A stretch of DNA of 32,000 nt from Candidatus Saccharimonadota bacterium (GTDB lineage: Bacteria > Patescibacteriota > Gracilibacteria > Absconditabacterales > Absconditicoccaceae): positions 750,001-782,000 of the forward strand of contig OZ246420.1 in assembly GCA_965231145.1 (NCBI GenBank), in the 5' to 3' direction. The position numbers were made by a program, and so were the translations under genes. Positions 28,531-32,000 of this stretch are shown here, in pieces; position 1 is the first letter of the stretch; each line of letters opens with the position of its first letter. The notes beneath the pieces are model-generated. The model ran no database searches. It was not told the DNA's origin and worked only from the letters and a program-made list of their open reading frames with translations.

Positions 28531-29868
28531 ATGAACAAACTGCAACGCACGCTTATCATAGGTCTAAAGATATTTCTCCTATGACTGATCCTCCATTTCT
28601 TCGTTTATAACATCATTACCTATATTGCGGGCCTCTCCGGAACAGTAATGGAAGTTATCTGGCTCTGGAAAGAGATCTTTACGGTAGGTTTTTTCGGATT
28701 ACTGGTCTACTATGTGATCAAATATAAAGAGCTCCATATCTTCAAAAAAGATAAGATGCTCTGGCGGCTCCAGTGGATATTTGTCGCGCTCCTTGTACTT
28801 TCATTTGTATTCACGCTTATAAGGGGGCTTAGCATCAGTATGTTTGTCCTCGCGTTCAAATATGATTTCATCGGCTACTTCATTTTCTTCACTTGTTATC
28901 ATCTCTATAGACATCTTCCAGAAAATACCGCCGAGAAACTAAGCAAATGGTATATCGCCATCATCAAAGTATTGCTTGTCTTTGCATTACTCTGGTGGTG
29001 TATTCTACTTATCAAACCGGGAGTACTCAAAATATTTGGTTATACAACACAGTCTATCGAAGGAAAAGTCGGTCAGCAACCACCTGCGGTGTATCGGACT
29101 GGCGAACATTCTGGATATCCAAGAAACCAGTTCCTCTTTGAAAGACCTATCAGCTGGGGATTTTTCCTCACGGCATTCTTCCCGCTTTTCTATATGTTCG
29201 TCCTTCAAAGAAAATCACTTCGCAAAACCCGGTTCTGGTGGGGTGTCTTTGCGCTAAACGTAATACTCACATTTTCAAGAGCCGCATGGGGTGCATGGAT
29301 TATAGAATTGATTATATTGGGAATATTAAATTATAGAAAAAATATTAAAAAATATCTCTTAAAAGTAGTTATCCCGATGATCGTCGTGCTTGCTGCGATA
29401 GCGTATATCGGAAGAGCACAAATTATCGACAGAAGTTTTTCAAACACCGGCCACATCCAACTGTTTGTACAGGGCCGGAAAATGTTTGTTGATAGTCCTA
29501 TTATCGGAGAAGGAGCAGCATATGTAGGACCTGGATCTCACCGGGACGGTGGTCTTGCTTTCAATCCTGAAAATCAGTACCTCCAGATACTTATTGAGTT
29601 TGGTATAGTAGGTTTCCTTTTATGGATAGCAATCTATATCTATCTCAACCGAGTTGGATTTAAAGATTTTTTCAAGCTTTGGAAAAGCAAAGATAAGACC
29701 ATACCTCAACATTATCGAATGACTCTTTCGATGAGTGTCGGCATGATCGGCCTTTCTATCTCATGACTTGTTCTTCATAGCTTCACTGACAGGATGATCG
29801 TCTACCCTATGATGGCACTTTTCGGACTCATTCTTGCCAATCACCACAAACTTAATTCTAAGAAATAA
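28531..29868 (+). CDS. O-antigen ligase/polymerase (Wzy_C) family polytopic membrane protein (445 aa)
   Basis: ATG 28531 is joined to track ORF 28648..29766 and the tail through two TGAs, ending at TAA 29866-29868. More than 10 TM segments. Family-like LTFSRAAWGAWIIELI and the periplasmic loop ...GEGAAYVGPGSHRDGGLAFNPENQYLQILIEFGIVGFLLW. Confidence 0.75.
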
Positions 29869-29871
29869 TGG

Positions 29872-30312
29872 ATGGATAAAATTTCTGACATTACGACATT
29901 GCGTAAAGAAGTCTTAAGCGCCACCTCTCCTCGTCTAGCCGAAGAATTGCTTTTGGTTTTATGACAAAAAGATCCTAAAGCGGAACAAGAGCTGAGGGAA
30001 CTTGTTGCAGGACTAAACAATGATGTTCTTTCAGCAGAAGAATATGAACAAGCAAGGAACATTGCTATCAGTTATCATATTCCATTTTCGATGGATAATA
30101 AAGCAAATGAACACATCCGAGGACAGAAAAAAGTAGTCAGCAAAATCTTTCTTCATAAAATATATCACAAAGACATTATTGCTGCGCTAATGGCAATCTC
30201 TTCCCATATAGTGTTTAATGGATGAACTTATCCTCACATGGATCAGTTACCTGCAGGATTGAATGAAAAAGATTCATATGATGTGTGGCGAGGAAAGCTT
30301 ATAAACGCATAA
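29872..30312 (+). CDS. Hypothetical protein (146 aa), orphan
   Basis: ATG 29872 to TAA 30310-30312 with two TGAs. Not in the standard-code track (only antisense 29841..30062 is listed). No motif recognised. Confidence 0.55.
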
Positions 30313-30357
30313 ATAATGTAGTTTTAAGATTTGTATTTTTAGTTTTACGTCGATAAA

Positions 30358-32000
30358 ATGTTCGTACGAAAATATCTGAAGCCATATTGGAAACTTCTTG
30401 CTTTAGTATTGGCTTTAGCCACTATTAACCAAGTATTTTCACTGTTAGATCCTCAAGTAAATCGCTGGTTGCTTGATAATTTTATCCTTAAATATAAGGA
30501 ACTCACACAACATGAGTTTGTGAGAGGAATAATGATAGGACTAGGATGACTTATTGGAGTTGCTATGGTTAGCAGAATAGCAAAAAACTTCCAGGATTAT
30601 TTTGTCAATGTCATGACGCAAAAGATCGGGATGCAGATCTATCAGGAAACTATTCGCCATGCATTTTCACTTCCTTACTCTGTATTTGAAGATCAGTCAT
30701 CAGGACAGCTATTGCAGAAGCTTCTTAAAGCACGTACTGACATAGAGAACTTTATTAAAAATCTCATTAATATTGTATTTGTGACGTTCGTGGTGATGGT
30801 CTTTGTCTTGATCTATTCGTATAGTGTTCATTGGGTTATAGGAGCAATTTATACCGCTCTCGTACCTTTAATGGCGTTTACATCTACAGCGCTTTCAAAA
30901 CGTATCAAGAAAGCACAGTCAAGCATCGTGAAAGAGTCTGCTTTGTTGGCGGGAACGACAACGGAAGCTATTCGCAATGTATCACTCATCAAGCTCCTAG
31001 GGCTCGAGAAGCAAGAGATGAATAGATTGGAAACTGCAAATACTGGTATACTGGGACTTGAATTGAAAAAGATCAAGATCGTAAGAACGATAGAGTTCCT
31101 CCAAGGAACACTTATCAATGCTATTCGTGTCGGAGTGATGGGAACGATGTTCCGGCTCATCTTTAAAGAGCAGATGACCTATGGTGAGTTCTTAGCCTTA
31201 CTATTCTACAGTTTCTGGATTATCAATGGTATGACGCAGTTTGGTGAGGTTATCAAGACCTACCAGGAAGCAAAAGCAAGTATGGAAACTCTTGATGATA
31301 TCATGCATATGGCGCCAGCGCCAGTACCTGAAAATCCTGAAGCACTCCCTGTCATCAGTTCTATGGCATTTGATCATGTAAGCTTTGGATACAGCGCGGA
31401 AAAAGAAGTACTTCACGATATAGACTGGAACGTACAAGCAGGGAAAACAGTTGCATTTGTTGGTCCATCTGGATCAGGTAAATCAACTATCATCAAGCTT
31501 CTTTGCTGACTCTATCCTGCAACCGCCTGAACAGTACGTATTAATGATGTACATATTAATACATTGGACGCTCACGTATTTGCACAACATCTTGGTATAG
31601 TCACACAGGATACTCAACTCTTCAACGGAACTATCAGAGACAACCTTCTCTTTGTCGCCCCAGATGCGACAGATGAAGATTGTATGAATGTACTGAGATG
31701 AGCTCGTGTTGAAGATATTATCACAAGCAATAAAGAGGGCTTGAATACAAGGATCGGCGAAGGATGACTCAAGCTTTCCGGAGGCCAAAGACAACGTCTC
31801 GCAATTGCCAGAGCGCTCCTACGTAATCCTGATGTATTAATATTTGATGAGGCAACAAGTTCGCTTGATAGTCTGATAGAAGCAGAAATTACTGAGACTA
31901 TAAAAGAGGTATCTCATCATAAGAAAGGACTTATCACCGTTCTTATCGCTCATCGTCTTTCGACAGTAATGCATGCAGATGTAATCTACGTCATGGAAAA
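30358..32000 (+). CDS. ABC transporter, fused permease/ATPase (MsbA/exporter type), 3'-truncated by the window
   Basis: 30358..30549 and 30565..31509 plus the tail are joined through five TGAs. Six-TM exporter domain. Walker [16 protein letters not shown]-loop GIVTQD. Signature [21 protein letters not shown]. Walker [14 protein letters not shown]-loop IAHRLST. Confidence 0.9.

Overview
This is an AT-rich bacterial chromosomal window. I recognised no rRNA, tRNA, CRISPR array or mobile element. It only makes sense under genetic code 25 (UGA = Gly), which points to a Gracilibacteria (BD1-5) or Absconditabacteria (SR1)-type candidate-phyla-radiation genome. In the standard-code ORF track, SecA, FtsK, MraY, an MsbA-like ABC transporter, RluD, GrpE and most other genes appear as same-frame fragments separated only by TGA. 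Those TGAs sit on conserved glycines: MraY GTPTMG-G and GDSG-ALAL-G-G, SecA GRAGRQ-G-DPG, ABC GEG-G-LKLSGGQ, FtsK DTK-G-AEELLG. After re-joining I call 30 CDS, all ending in TAA or TAG. By hand count there are roughly 100 in-frame TGAs (approximate).

Housekeeping genes: engB, rluD-like, grpE, secA, ftsK, mraY, a Wzy_C/O-antigen-ligase-family membrane protein and an ABC exporter. Small-molecule or stress genes: a tandem PF06983 VOC protein, a glyoxalase-like VOC protein, a PhnA/YjdM-like protein, a DoxX-like protein and two SAM methyltransferase-like proteins.

There is also a clear set of secreted or surface proteins: one with a GEVED domain, one with NIDO-like plus FN3 domains, and one LRR protein. 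All three end in a related SLH-like anchoring module. Several small secreted or low-complexity orphan proteins accompany them.

Most notable observations:
1. The recoding itself.
2. SecA carries an in-frame YdeN/RBBP9-type serine-hydrolase domain of about 175 aa at the scaffold-helix/wing-domain junction.
3. A small signal-peptide/TM protein and a structured spacer lie directly upstream of secA (SecM-like geometry, speculative).
4. A 269-aa gene with nine in-frame TGAs is invisible in the ORF track.
5. There is an unexplained structured non-coding gap of about 430 nt.

All domain calls come from motif recognition by eye, not database searches.
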